From the NCBI GenBank assembly GCA_964016885.1, contig OZ024762.1, positions 23,870,001 through 23,934,000 on the forward strand: a stretch of 64,000 nucleotides of DNA, read 5' to 3'. Of this stretch, positions 1 to 13,583 are shown piece by piece (position 1 is the first letter of the stretch; each line of letters starts with the position of its first letter). Under the pieces are notes generated by a model. The model was not told the origin of the DNA and did not search any database. It saw nothing but the letters and a program-made list of their open reading frames with translations. Source of the DNA: Eledone cirrhosa (taxonomy: Eukaryota). The position numbers and the translations under genes were made by a program.

Positions 1-131
1 GCTGAGTAAACTGGAGCAATGTGAAATAAAGTGTCTTGCTCAAGGAAACAACACATCACCCGGTCTGAGAATTGAACTCACAACCTTTCGATTGCAAGGC
101 CAATGGTCTAACCACTAAGCCATGTGCCTCC
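1..131 (-). mobile_element. tRNA-derived SINE family A, 5' part (cut by window edge)
   Basis: Reverse complement starts GGAGGCACATGGCTTAGTGG (A box) and has GTGAGTTCAATTC (B box); near-identical to the full copy at 12582. Confidence 0.85.
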
Positions 132-162
<31 letters not shown>

Positions 163-227
163 ATCCATATATATATATATAATCCTTATTGAGCCCTCTT
201 CGTATATTAGTTTCACATTTATTATTA

Positions 228-268
<41 letters not shown>

Positions 269-497
269 CGTACGTTATTCCTGGTTGAATCGGAGGTAAC
301 CACAGTAAGTAATGAAACAGTTCTAGTCCTGTAGAATCTCATCTATATTAAAACTATATATATATATATATATGTTAATATATGTATATATATATATATG
401 TATATATATGTATATGTATATATATATACATATATATATGTATATGTATATATATATAAGAATTATAAGAATCAAAGAACTGTTCAAAACATTTTTA

Positions 498-544
498 TGC
501 TTACAACTGTTTCCTCCAAACCGAGGTTTGGATTCTTCGGAGCA
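498..544 (-). ncRNA. Hammerhead ribozyme-like motif (CCGAAGA core variant), inverted copy of 881-927
   Basis: Lies in the ~88-bp inverted repeat 461-549 / 877-964. Confidence 0.5.
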
Positions 545-880
545 ATTTACAATCATATAAAGAATTCGTCACCAGATCAACCAACCTAACACTCTTGATT
601 ACCTACTTAAGTGCTTCTACTACACGTAACTCTCTGCCACACTATATAAACAAGACGCACGTGCTTGCCACACACATAACCTTTGCACTATATAACCGCT
701 TATTTTCTTGTTGTATTTTAACCTGTATTTTTTATTGTATCTTTTAATATGAATGTAATCTCTAAGTGTGTACTACCACTCTAAATGCTGTAATGAATGT
801 TGACCCACAATATTTGCATATGTATCTGTATGTCTCTTGGGTGAAAAGGAGGTCATATAAGTGTTCATTCAATAATAAAT

Positions 881-927
881 TGCTCCGAAGAATCCAAACA
901 TCGGTTTGGAGGAAACAGTTGTAAGCA
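881..927 (+). ncRNA. Type I hammerhead ribozyme-like motif (CCGAAGA core variant)
   Basis: TGCT-CCGAAGA-a-TCCAAAC/GTTTGGA-g-GAAA-CAGTTG-TA-AGCA; stem I is TGCT/AGCA. Confidence 0.55.
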
Positions 928-1129
928 TAAAAATGTTTTGAACAGTTCTTTGATTCTTATAATTCATATAACTGCTCTGTAAATCATCTGATGTTATTAC
1001 ATTGAGCTATTTAACTTACTGGTAATAAGGTAGTAATATATTACTGCCTATCACTATTTAGGGTTTGTATAAAAATATATATAACTGCAAAAGGTTTTTA
1101 TATTTACATAACCATAAATAGTATAATTA

Positions 1130-1169
1130 ATACTATATATATATATATATGTCTATATATATGTATGTC

Positions 1170-1252
<83 letters not shown>

Positions 1253-1423
1253 GTGTGTGTGTATATATATAAATGTATGTATGTATATGTGTGTGTGTAT
1301 ATATATATATATGTATGTATGTATATGTGTGTGTATATATATATATGTGTGTGTATATATATATATGTATGTATGTATGTGTGTATATATATATATGTAT
1401 GTATGTATGTATGTGTGTATATA

Positions 1424-1459
<36 letters not shown>

Positions 1460-1499
1460 TATATGTGTTCGTGTATATATATATATATGTATGTATGTA

Positions 1500-1543
<44 letters not shown>
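1130..1543. repeat. (TA)n/(TATG)n microsatellite
   Basis: Direct inspection. Confidence 0.95.
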
Positions 1544-1544
<1 letters not shown>

Positions 1545-1553
1545 CGAAGGATA

Positions 1554-2163
1554 TGTCAGGTCACCAGTTGGTGCTACTGGTAACATGTATCCCAGTACAA
1601 CCTGTCTCATGGTCGGGTCGTTGGCGACTAAACTGGCAACCCCACCAAGTTTTCTTGGTGAGGGGTGTGACTTTCGACATCCTGCAGGACTAAAAACAAA
1701 ACCTGTCAAAGGGCAAAGGAGCTCTTAAGAGTCGATGGCCATCCAAAATCACCGGGAGAGATGACCCATTAGCCTTTGTCAAGGCAGAATTCTAGGAGAA
1801 GGAAAACTCTGATATAACACCTGCAACCCTGATGGTATCCAATGATGTTGACTTGTTCTTCTTTTTGGTAAATATCATCTTGGTTAAGAGAGTGGGACTG
1901 GCTTTGTGCAGTGCCTTTGCTCACTATAAAAGCTTCACGGCACAGGCATTGCTTTATATCTGGAGATCTCTCTGCACTTGTTGTCACATGGTACCATGGG
2001 CCAAGCACTATGTGTCAATAATTGTCACAAGTGTAGTGTTTGTACCAGAGTTTTCAAGTCACTGGTTGGACTAGAAAGTCACACTCGTTCAGCGCATCGG
2101 TAGGGGTTCTCCTACATGGATATAAAGTAGTGGCCGTACTCGAAAACGAGTTGGCAGCCACCA
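1554..2163 (+). mobile_element. ~610-bp non-coding interspersed element, class uncertain (possibly RTE-related non-autonomous)
   Basis: A full-length second copy lies in opposite orientation at 45708-46311; both are bounded by (TA)n. Confidence 0.75.
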
Positions 2164-2772
2164 TATATATATATACACACACACATACACAGACACACAC
2201 ACATGGACACACTAGAAGTCTGATATTGAGGATGACATGTTGATGCCCTAAGGACAGACACTGAACTCTGAGAGATGAGGGACATAAATGTCCAGTGTCT
2301 GTCCTTAGGGCACCAACATATCTGGTCCTCAATCTCCCTCTTCTAGTGTGTCCATGTGTGTGTGTATGTATATATATACATATATATATATATATACACA
2401 CATATACATACATACACAGCTACTAAACCTGCTGCTAACAATGCAGCACTCAAAGAACTTTCTTGTGTTCTTCACTACAAAGCAATGCCACCTGACAGAT
2501 AATGGTTAATGGTCTCCAAGAGAGAGGGAGGAGAGGGGGGGGAGAAGGGGGTGAAAGAGAAGAGAGAAAATTGTTGCCTTTGACAAAAGTTGTAAGAACA
2601 AAAGAGTGAGAGATAAAGAGAGAGGGGAGAGGAGAGCAAGAAGGAGTGAGAGAGACAGCCAGAGAGAAAGAGAGAGAGGTAGTGAAAGAGAGAGAGAGAA
2701 TGCAGAGAAGAACTTAATACAACAAGTGAGAGGTGGAGGGGGCGAGGAATGAGATGTGAATGGGCAAGGGGT

Positions 2773-3208
2773 GGAAGGGTGCATGGAATTTGACATATAT
2801 ATATATGCATATATATATATATATATATATATACATACACACACACAAACTCACACATATATATATGCATATATATATATATATATATACACCTACACAC
2901 ACAAACTCACACACATATATATATATACAAATACACACACACAAACTCACACATATATATATGCATATATATATATATATATACACACATACACACAAAC
3001 TCACAAATATATATATGCATATATATATATATATATATACACATACACACACAAACTCACACATATATATATGCATATATATATATATATATATACACCT
3101 ACACACAAACTCACACACATATATATATACACACATACACACACAAACTCACACATATATATATGCATATATATATATATACATTTATATATATATATAT
3201 ATATATAT
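2773..3208. repeat. Compound TA/CA minisatellite (acaaactcacacatatatatatgcat units)
   Basis: Recurrent aaactcac and atgcat motifs between TA runs. Confidence 0.85.
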
Positions 3209-3289
3209 TAAAGAGTTAAACAAGATTCAATGAGTATATCAAAGAATGAGTTTTACAGTAGATTGGAAGCACTCTACGGTAAATAATTT

Positions 3290-3450
3290 TCCAGAGTTAT
3301 TAATATTAAAATACAAGTATTAATAAAATAGATGTTCTTTTGATCAATTACATTTTATTATATATATTTTGGATGTACAACAGTACGTCCTCATCAGACA
3401 AAATATGATACATGACATACCCTGTGATGTTAAATGGTTAAGATTTAATC
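3290..3450 (-). mobile_element. Short hammerhead-bearing element, degenerate copy of 41630-41790
   Basis: Reverse complement CTGATGAGGACGTACTGTTGTACATCCAAAA, with GAAA mutated. Confidence 0.6.
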
Positions 3451-3600
3451 AATACCTTCGAAACGGCTTGAGCTCAGCTGTCGGGGTCCTACTTGTTCCT
3501 ATTACCCACTCTTCTACCCTAAGTATTGAGTACTTTGGTGCGTTATGGTCCATCTGGTTCCTTACCACATTTCCTTCGTTATATATATATATATACATAA

Positions 3601-3663
<63 letters not shown>

Positions 3664-3688
3664 AATATATATATATATATATATACAC

Positions 3689-3741
<53 letters not shown>

Positions 3742-3762
3742 AATATATATATATATATATAT

Positions 3763-4269
3763 TCATCATCATCATCATCATCATCGTTTAACGTCCATCT
3801 TCCACGCTTGCATGGGTTTGGATGGGAGTTTTCCCACTTAAGGCAAGATTGGTTGTCCTGCTCGTATAGGACTGTCTGGCTGGTTTTCTACGGCTGGATG
3901 CCCTTCCTAACACCAACCACGTTTACAGTGTGGACTGGGAGGTTTTTACCGTGCTACCTACACGGCCACATTACAGCGTGGACTGTGTGTTTTTTTGTCG
4001 TGACACCTACACGATCTCATTTGTTTCGGCCTGGATGTTGTGGCACCAACATAACTTTACATTGAAAGGGGCGGTGTGGATGGGGTGGGGGTAGTGGGAC
4101 AGGGGTGTATTTTTGTTAGAGGTGCCTGCTGACTGTAGGTTTCGCTTTGTACTTAGGCAAGGCGGGTCTTCTGTATTACTGTGTAGCGCCAAAGATCTCG
4201 GTCCAGTGAGATTCATTGTCTTGGAGAGGTGTAAGTGTGTGAGGTCGGAATTTATCAAGTCGTCCCAGG
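3763..4269 (-). mobile_element. RTE LINE 3' fragment (ORF end, 3' UTR, (ATG)n tail)
   Basis: Encodes [14 protein letters not shown]; 3' UTR matches 7600-7983. Confidence 0.85.
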
Positions 4270-4423
4270 TATATGTATATATATATATATATATATATAA
4301 AAATCATCATCATCATCATCTTCGTTTAACGTCCATTTTCCACGCTAGCATGGGTTAGACGGGAGTTGTCCCACTTTAGGCAAGGCTGGTCGGGTGACCG
4401 TGTCTCTCATATATATGTCTCTC

Positions 4424-4507
<84 letters not shown>

Positions 4508-4749
4508 GCACAGTAGACATATGGAGTGGAAGAGAAGGATGAGATGTAGTGTATGTGTCAATGGTTGGGGGGGTGGGGAGGCAATGGTGCATGGTGTTTG
4601 TCATAGATGCACTTTTGTTGCATTCTTACCGTTGCATTAACCAGTACAGACAGAAAGACTGACAAGGAGACACATAACTGTTTCAATGCATTTCTGCAAT
4701 ATTCTGAATGACAAATTACATTCAAACTATGGTCTGCACACATGTGTTT

Positions 4750-4795
<46 letters not shown>

Positions 4796-4919
4796 TGACA
4801 CACATATACATCTGCACGTGTGTGTATATATATATATATATATGTTTGCCTTTATATATATGTATGTAAATATACACACACACACACATAGATATCTATC
4901 TCGCCCCCTCTCTCTAAAA

Positions 4920-4952
<33 letters not shown>

Positions 4953-5049
4953 CACACACACACTCACACACACACACATACACACATATATATATATATG
5001 TATTATACCATGATTTTACTTTAATTTTTGTGAGTTGGACTGTATATAT

Positions 5050-5396
5050 ATGTATATACAAAAATATATTCACACACACACACACCTACACACACACTCA
5101 CATACACATACACACACACTTACACACACACACACACATACACATACACACACACCTACACACCTACTCACATACACATACACACACACCTACTCACATA
5201 CACATACACACACACCTACTCACATACACACACACACACACCTACTCACATACACACACACACTCACCTACACACTCACATACACATACACACACACCTA
5301 CACACACACACACTCACATACACACACACACTCACATACACACTCACATACACATACACACACACCTACACACACACTCACATACACACACACACA
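5050..5396. repeat. (CA)n-derived microsatellite
   Basis: Direct inspection. Confidence 0.95.
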
Positions 5397-5487
5397 TCAA
5401 TTTCCCCTATCCATCTGTTCTCTGGATACAATGGTGTCTTGTCACAATGTCATTGCAGTTGGCCAGATGTCATCTTTATTGTCATCA

Positions 5488-6250
5488 TAGGGCCGTAGGT
5501 TGGCAGAATCAGTAGAGCGTCGGATACCATGCTTTGCAGCATAGAGTTATGGCCCTTTGTGCTGTGAGTTCAAATCCCGCCGAGGTTAGCTTTGCCTTTC
5601 ATCCTTACAGGATCGATAAAATAAAGTACCAGTAATGTACTGGGGTAATAGCTGGCTTTGTGTCTATAGTAGAAATCATTATTAGTATTATCAAGGGCAG
5701 TGGTGTGGCATAGAGTTATGGCCCTTTATGTTGTGAGTTCAAATCCTTCCGAGGCTAGCTTTGACTTTCATCCATATGGTGTCAATAAAATAAAGTACCA
5801 GTAATGTACTGGGGTCAATTGCTGGCTTTGTGTCTATAGTAGAAATCATTATTATTATTATCAAGGGCAGTGGTGTGGCATAGAGTTATGGCCCTTTATG
5901 TTGTGAGTTCAAATCCTTCCGAGGCTAGCTTTGTCTTTCATCCATATGGTGTCAATAAAATAAAGTACCAGTAATGAACTGGGGTCAATTTAAATGACTG
6001 GCCACGTGTCTATAGTACAAATCATTATCACCATCATCTGGGCAGTGGGTTGGCAGAGCGTCAGTCAACATACTTTGTGGCATAGAGTTATGGCTCTTTA
6101 CAGTCTGAGTTCAAATCTCGCTGAGGTTAGATTTGCCTTTCTTCTTTATGGTGTCGATGATAACATGAAGTACCAGTAATGTACTGGGGTCATTTTAATC
6201 GACTTTCTCCGCCCCCAAAATTGCTGGCCTTGTGCCTAAATGAGAAACTA
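5488..6250 (+). mobile_element. Four tandem copies of SINE family B (~170-bp period)
   Basis: Repeated GAGTTCAAATCC (B box) ...TTTCATCC...GATAAAATAAAGTACCAG; tcaagggcag recurs at 5691 and 5861. Confidence 0.85.
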
Positions 6251-6264
6251 TTATTATAATTATT

Positions 6265-6614
6265 TTATATACTGTGTATATATGTATGTGTATATATATG
6301 TATGTGTGTATATATGTATACACATACATATATACACATACAAATATAGACATATACATATATACACACATACATATATGTGTATATATATATGTGTATA
6401 TATATATGTATATGTGTATATATATATATATATGTATATGTGTATATATGTATATGTGTATGTGTATATATGTATGTGTATATATATGTATGTGTATATA
6501 TATGTATGTGTATATATATGTATGTGTATATATATGTATGTGTTTATATATGTGTGTGTATATATATGTGTATGTGTATGTGTATATATGTGTGTGTGTG
6601 TATATATATGTGTA

Positions 6615-6667
<53 letters not shown>

Positions 6668-7146
6668 GTGTATGTGTATATATATATGTGTATATATATA
6701 TATATGTGTATATATATGTATATGTGTATATATATGTATATGTGTGTACATATATATGTATATGTTTATATATGTGTATATATATGTGTGTATATATGTA
6801 TATATGTATATGTGTATATATATGTATATGTGTATATATATGTATATATGTATGTGTATATATATGTATATATGTATGTGTATATATATGTATGTGTATA
6901 TATATATGTATGTGTGTATATATATGTATATGTGTATGTGTATGTGTATATGTATGTGTGTATATATGTATGTATATATATATGTATGTGTATATATATG
7001 TATATGTGTATATATGCATGTGTGTATATATGTGTGTGTATATATATGTATGTGTGTATATATGTGTGTGTATATGTATATGTGTATATATATGTATGTG
7101 TGTATATATGTATGTGTGTATATATATGTATATATATATATATGTG

Positions 7147-7186
<40 letters not shown>
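6265..7186. repeat. (TA/TG)n microsatellite
   Basis: Direct inspection. Confidence 0.95.
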
Positions 7187-7187
<1 letters not shown>

Positions 7188-7983
7188 TGGCCGCTAAAGG
7201 GTTCTCTCTAAAAATGAAAGGCAGGCTGTATGATGCCTGCATACGAACAGCAATGTTACATGGCAGTGAGACTTGGGCAGTGTGTGCAGAGGATATATGC
7301 AGACTGGAGAGGAACGAAGCTTGCATGCTCCGTTGTATGTGTAATAGTAATATACGTGAACGGCAAAGCATAAATGAACTAAGGGAGAAATTAGGAATAA
7401 GAGGAATCAGATGTTGTTTACTCGAGAGAAAACTACGTTGGTATGGTCACGTGATGCGCATGAGAGACGACAGCTGTATAAAAAAGTGCAGGGCGATAAA
7501 AATAGACGGTAGCCACGGAGTAGGCAGACCCAGAAAAACACGGGACAACTTGAAAAATTCCGACCTCACACACTTACATCTCTCCAAGACAATGTCACTG
7601 GACTGAGATCTTTGGTGCTATACTGTAATACAGAAGACCTGCCTTGCCTAAGTACAAAGCGAAACCTACAGTCTACACCCCCGTCCCACCACCCCATCCA
7701 CACCACCCCTTTCAATGTAAAGTTATGTTGGTACCAGAACATCCAGTCCGAAATAAATGAGGTCGTGTAGGTGTCACGACAAAAAAAAGACAGTCCACGC
7801 TGTAATGTGGCCGTGTAGATAACACGGTAAAAACACGTGGTTGGTGTTAGGAAGGGCATCCAGCTGTAGAAAACCCGCCAGACAGTCCTATACAAGCAAG
7901 ACAACCGATCTTGCCTCAAGTGGGAAAATTCCCGTCCAAACCCATGCAAGCGTGGAAGGTGGACGTTAAACGATGATGATGAT
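7187..7983 (+). mobile_element. 5'-truncated RTE-clade LINE (post-RT C-terminal region, 3' UTR, (GAT)n tail)
   Basis: [17 protein letters not shown]...LERNE...[10 protein letters not shown]...GRPRKT motifs are typical of the RTE ORF C-terminus. Confidence 0.9.
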
Positions 7984-8119
7984 ATATATATGTGTATATT
8001 TTGGTCTCTCTTCTCTGTGTGTGTGACTAATACACATACACGTGTGTGTGTGTGTATATATGTATGTATATACATATATGTGTCTGTGTGTATATAGATG
8101 TATATATATGTATGTGTAT

Positions 8120-8998
8120 ATCATCATCACCATTTTATGTCCATTCTTCCACGCTAGCATGGGTTAGACGGGTTGTCCTGTTGTGGGCAGTGTCTGGTCA
8201 GGTGACCTTGACTTGCTCATACAGGAACTGATTCTGGCTTGATTCCTACAGCTGGTTGCCCTTCCTAACACCAACATTATTTACAGTGAGTGCTGGGTGC
8301 TTTTTTCCGTGGCGCCTACACATCCATTTTACAGTGTGGGCTGGGTGCCTTTTGCCGTGGCACCTCCGCGACCACTTTGCAGTGGGAGGGTGTGGGGGCA
8401 TATTGTCTATATGCTTCAGCTTCGGCTTGTACCCGTGGGGGGTCGGGTCTTCAGTATTACTGTGTGATGCCAGAGGTCACAGTCCTGTGTCATCGCCTTT
8501 GAGAGGTGTAATTGGGTAAGGTCGGCTTTTATCAGCTCATCCCAGGTCTTCTTGGGTCTCCCCACTCCGTGGTTTCCATCGACTTCTCGTGCTCTGCACC
8601 TTTTTTATGCAGCTGTCAACCTTCATACACATCACATGTCCATACCAACGCAACCGCCTCTCCTGCACACAGCATTATGTTCAGTCTCTCTCTCAATTCA
8701 TTTATGCTTTGCCGTTCACGTATATTACTGTTACATCCATTGGAGCATGCAGGCTTCGTTTCTTTCTAATCCACGCACGTCTTCTCCACACAGCACCCAG
8801 GTCTTACTATCATGTTACATTGCTGTTCGTATGCACACACCATACAGTCTGCCTTTCATTTTGAGGTAGAAGCCTTTTGCAGCTAGCAGTGGTAGTAGCT
8901 CCTGGAACTTCTTCCATCCCATTCTTACCCTGGTTACTGTATTTTCAGAACACCCACCTCCGCTGCTAATTCGGTCACCTAGGTAGCAGAAGCTGTCT
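8120..8998 (-). mobile_element. 5'-truncated RTE LINE, second subfamily, degenerate
   Basis: Reverse strand encodes [16 protein letters not shown] and GWKKFQELLPLL; same 3' motif and (ATG)n tail. Confidence 0.85.
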
Positions 8999-9004
8999 GT
9001 GCTT

Positions 9005-9775
<771 letters not shown>

Positions 9776-10019
9776 AATGAAAATATAGAAATTATAGTGA
9801 GTGTGGAGCCAACAGTATTCCATAATATATAAGTGACTATAACATCAAAATGGAAAATAATTAACCTAAGATGTGGGAAAAAAATTTAAAATCAATTCAA
9901 AAAAATCAAGACATAGATTTATCCATAGAATTTTGTGAAATCCAGGGAAAAATCAATAGAGCCCTAACTCTGAATAAAATAAAGTTTAAATACTCATCCT
10001 ACAATTTGGAAATATATAA

Positions 10020-10080
<61 letters not shown>

Positions 10081-10083
<3 letters not shown>

Positions 10084-10240
10084 GTTATTCCGGGTTGAAT
10101 CGGAGGTAACCACAGTAAGTAAGGTACTCAATACATAGCAGAGTATAAAAGTTTTAATATAGATGAGATTCTACAGGACTAGAACTGTTTCATTCATTTC
10201 TAATGAATGAAACAGTTCTAGTCCTGTAGAATCTCATATA
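10081..10240. mobile_element. Short element with internal inversion (family of 268-352 and 40240-40535)
   Basis: gagattctacaggactagaactgtttcattc and its reverse complement are adjacent; flanked by (TA)n. Confidence 0.65.
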
Positions 10241-10243
10241 AAG

Positions 10244-10274
<31 letters not shown>

Positions 10275-10596
10275 TGTGTGTGTGTATGTCCCTTCCCCTT
10301 TCTCTCATTCCCCTCACAGTTCAATAATTTGAATTTTCTACCCCATTAATCTCATATTTCAAGATTTTTGTTTGCAATTTTATTTTAAACCAATTAAAGT
10401 ACATGGACACAGTCACATGACCTATCTCCCACTCCATCTCTGTCCCCCTTCCTCTCTCTCACACTCTCTGACTCTCTCTCACACTCTCTCTCACTCTCTC
10501 TGTCTATCACACTCTCTGACTCTCTCTCACACTTTCTGACTCTCTCTCACACTCTCTGACTCTCTCTCACTGTCACTCTCACACTCTCTCTCTCTC

Positions 10597-10631
<35 letters not shown>

Positions 10632-10771
10632 ATATATATATATATATATCGTATTCCACCTGGTTGTGGTGGGGCTGATAGCGTTAGAACTTAATATGTC
10701 CTTGGAAAGATGGTTTCAACAAGAATCGGCAATGTGACCATTAGTTCTTGTGGGAGGTGACCACTGCTTAA

Positions 10772-12170
10772 CCCTTTAAGGTTCAAACCAGCCAGAATTC
10801 TCTACCTCTTGCTGTTGAAACTGGCTGTAACTGGTCGCTCAAACTGGTGTTAAGGTATTGTTCTCAAAATAAATACTTTCAAAATCTCATAGATACGATG
10901 TTATGTGAGATATGTGATGTAAAGTCTTTACCATGAAAATACAATAGTGTATATAGAGTAATGTAAATGTTATGCGAGATATTATGTGAGGTAAAGCCTT
11001 TACTGTGAAAATACAATAGGTATATAGAGTAATGTAAATGTTATGTGAGATATTATATGAAGTAAAGCCTTTACTGTTGAAATACAATAGTATATATAGA
11101 GTAATGTAAATGTTATGTGAGATATTATGTGAGGTAAAGTCTTTACTGTGACAATACAATAGTATATATAGAGTAATGTAAATGTTATGTGAGATATTAT
11201 GTGAGGTAAAGTCTTTACCATGAAAATACAATAGTATATATAGAGTAATGTAAATGTTATGTGAGATATTATATGAAGTAAAGCCTTTACTGTTGAAATA
11301 CAATAGTATATATAGAGTAATGTAAATGTTATGTGAGATATTATGTGAGGTAAAGTCTTTACCATGAAAATACAATAGTATATATAGAGTAATGTAAATG
11401 TTATGCAAGATATTATGTGAGGTAAAGCCTTTACTGTGAAAATACAATAGTATATATAGAGTAATGTAAATGTTATGTGAGATATTATGTGAGGTAAAGC
11501 CTTTACCATGAAAATACAATAGTATATATAGAGTAATGTAAATGTTATGTGAGATATTATGTGATGTAAAGTCTTTACCATGAAAATACAATAGTATATA
11601 TAGAGTAATGTAAATGTTATGCAAGATATTATGTGAGGTAAAGCCTTTACTGTGAAAATACAATAGTATATATAGAGTAATGTAAATGTTATGTGAGATA
11701 TTATGTGAGGTAAAGTCTTTACCATGAAAATACAATAGTATATATAGAGTAATGTAAATGTTATTTGAGATATTATGTGAGGTAAAGTCTTTACCATGAA
11801 AATACAATAGTATATATAGAGTAATGTAAATGTTATGTGAGATTATGTGAGGTAAAGTCTTTACTGTGAAAATACAATAGTATATGTAGAGTAATATAAA
11901 TGTTATGTGAGGTAAAGTCTTTACCATGAAAGTACAATAGTATATATAGAGTGAGATATTATGTGAGGTAAAGTCTTTACCATGAAAATACAATAGTATA
12001 TATAGAGTAATGTAAATGTTATGTGAGATATTATGTGATGTAAAGTTTTTACCATGAAAATACAATAGTGTATATAGAGTAATGTAAATGTTATGCGAGA
12101 TATTATGTGAGGTAAAGCCTTTACCATGAAAATACAATAGTATATATAGAGTAATGTAAATGCTAAAGGG
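10772..12170. mobile_element. piggyBac-type MITE expanded by an internal 72-bp tandem array
   Basis: TTAA|CCCTTTA ... TAAAGGG|TTAA termini; the body matches short copies elsewhere in the window. Confidence 0.8.
10898..12162. repeat. 72-bp minisatellite, ~17 copies
   Basis: gtaatgtaaa recurs at 11101, 11173 and 11461 (5 x 72). Confidence 0.95.
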
Positions 12171-12581
12171 TTAAGGTATCCTCTGAGAAGATGCATCTAG
12201 ATTACAGAGTCATTTACATATATATGTGTTAGTACATAGACCAATAAAAAAAATGACAGAAGTCAGACATAGGTAGTTAATTAGTTCCTTGCTTTATGTT
12301 CATTTCAGAGGGTTGAGTGATCATGGAAGATCGGTATATTAACTAGTATGGTAGCGGTTAAGTTACTAACTATTTCTAGGTAACTGTTGTTGCCAGCTTG
12401 TGTGTTCTTTACTCGAGACACCGTCTCTCAACCAAAACGTTTCATATTTGGAAATATTGTGAACCGAATTGTCCATGATGTGAGGTGTTTGTTTACGAAA
12501 TGTTGATAGAGAAATATATATATATGAAAAGATTCAAGACCCCAATGGCTGAGCTCTGGTCATTTTGGCAGCTATATATAT

Positions 12582-12927
12582 GGAGGCACATGGCTTAGTG
12601 GTTAGAGCATTGGCCTTGCAATTGAAAGGTTGTGAGTTCAATTCTCAGACCGGGTGATGTGTTGTTTCCTTGAGCAAGACACTTTATTTCACATTGCTCC
12701 AGTTTACTCAGCTGTAGAAATGAGATGATAGGGACTGGGGTCCCTATCATTCCACTGCAAAGTGGTCGTGGAGGTGCCACGGCAAAAAAGCACCCAGCAC
12801 TCACTGTAAATGAGGTTGGTGTTAGGAAGGGCATCCAGCTGTAGAAATCAAGCCAGAATCAGTTCCCGTCCCACCCTTGCAAGCAGGGAAAAAGCGGACG
12901 TAAAATGAAATGATGATGAATGATGAT
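12582..12927 (+). mobile_element. Full-length SINE family A (tRNA head, CORE-like middle, RTE-like tail)
   Basis: A/B boxes; CCTTGAGCAAGACACTT...CAGCTGTAGAAATG resembles a CORE domain; (ATG)n tail. Confidence 0.9.
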
Positions 12928-12964
12928 ATTTAATTAATTAGAAAGTAAACAACACAATATAACT

Positions 12965-13034
12965 GCTCCATTACCAAAGGTTTCAGGACTCTAGACAATA
13001 TTAACATATGTCTAGTTCACTCATCAGATAGAGC
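12965..13034 (-). ncRNA. Type I hammerhead ribozyme-like motif
   Basis: GCTCTAT-CTGATGA-(CTAGACA/TGTCTAG stem)-GAAA-CCTTTGG-TA-ATGGAGC; 7-bp stem I. Confidence 0.6.
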
Positions 13035-13201
13035 GGTTAGATAACCGAGGCTAGATGAATGAACTAGACATGTTAATATTGTCTGGGATCCTGAAACCTT
13101 TGGTAATAGAGTTGATATAAATTGTGTTGTTCACTTTCTAATATAATAGCTCTGTTTTATATATAGAGCATTCTTTTTTCCTTTTTCTCTTCGGAAATAC
13201 T

Positions 13202-13280
<79 letters not shown>

Positions 13281-13298
13281 TATATATATATATATATA

Positions 13299-13422
13299 TC
13301 TAAGGCGGGTAATATTCCCGAGATCCATGGACGAGTTCTCTCCAGCGGTCTCTGTCCCTCATTATCGCTGCCATGTCCTGCGTCTCCAACAGACCAGTGT
13401 CTGTCGTTAGGGCATCAACATA
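13299..13422 (-). mobile_element. 3' fragment of a second RTE family
   Basis: Near-identical to 14921-15045. Confidence 0.7.
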
Positions 13423-13583
13423 TATATATATACTACACACACACATATATATATATACACATATATACAGATATCACCATAGTAACTAACTACACAGCAA
13501 GTGATGCTTTCCCACAAATACTCCCAGCTTGTTGCTGGCTTACATGTTCATTATTCAAGGCTCCATTCAACTAAGACATTTTA

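Noticed and set aside
6195-7211. YI/HT/CV-rich ORFs here and throughout the window
   Set aside because: Dinucleotide-repeat artefacts; only the RTE-derived tails of 6380-7606 and 43314-44666 are real coding remnants.
10887-12137. 416-aa ORF with 24-aa repeats
   Set aside because: Translation of a 72-bp array inside a MITE; open only because the unit is a stop-free multiple of three.
12582-12655. tRNA gene
   Set aside because: The tRNA-like region continues into a SINE body and tail in many copies; no proper acceptor stem.
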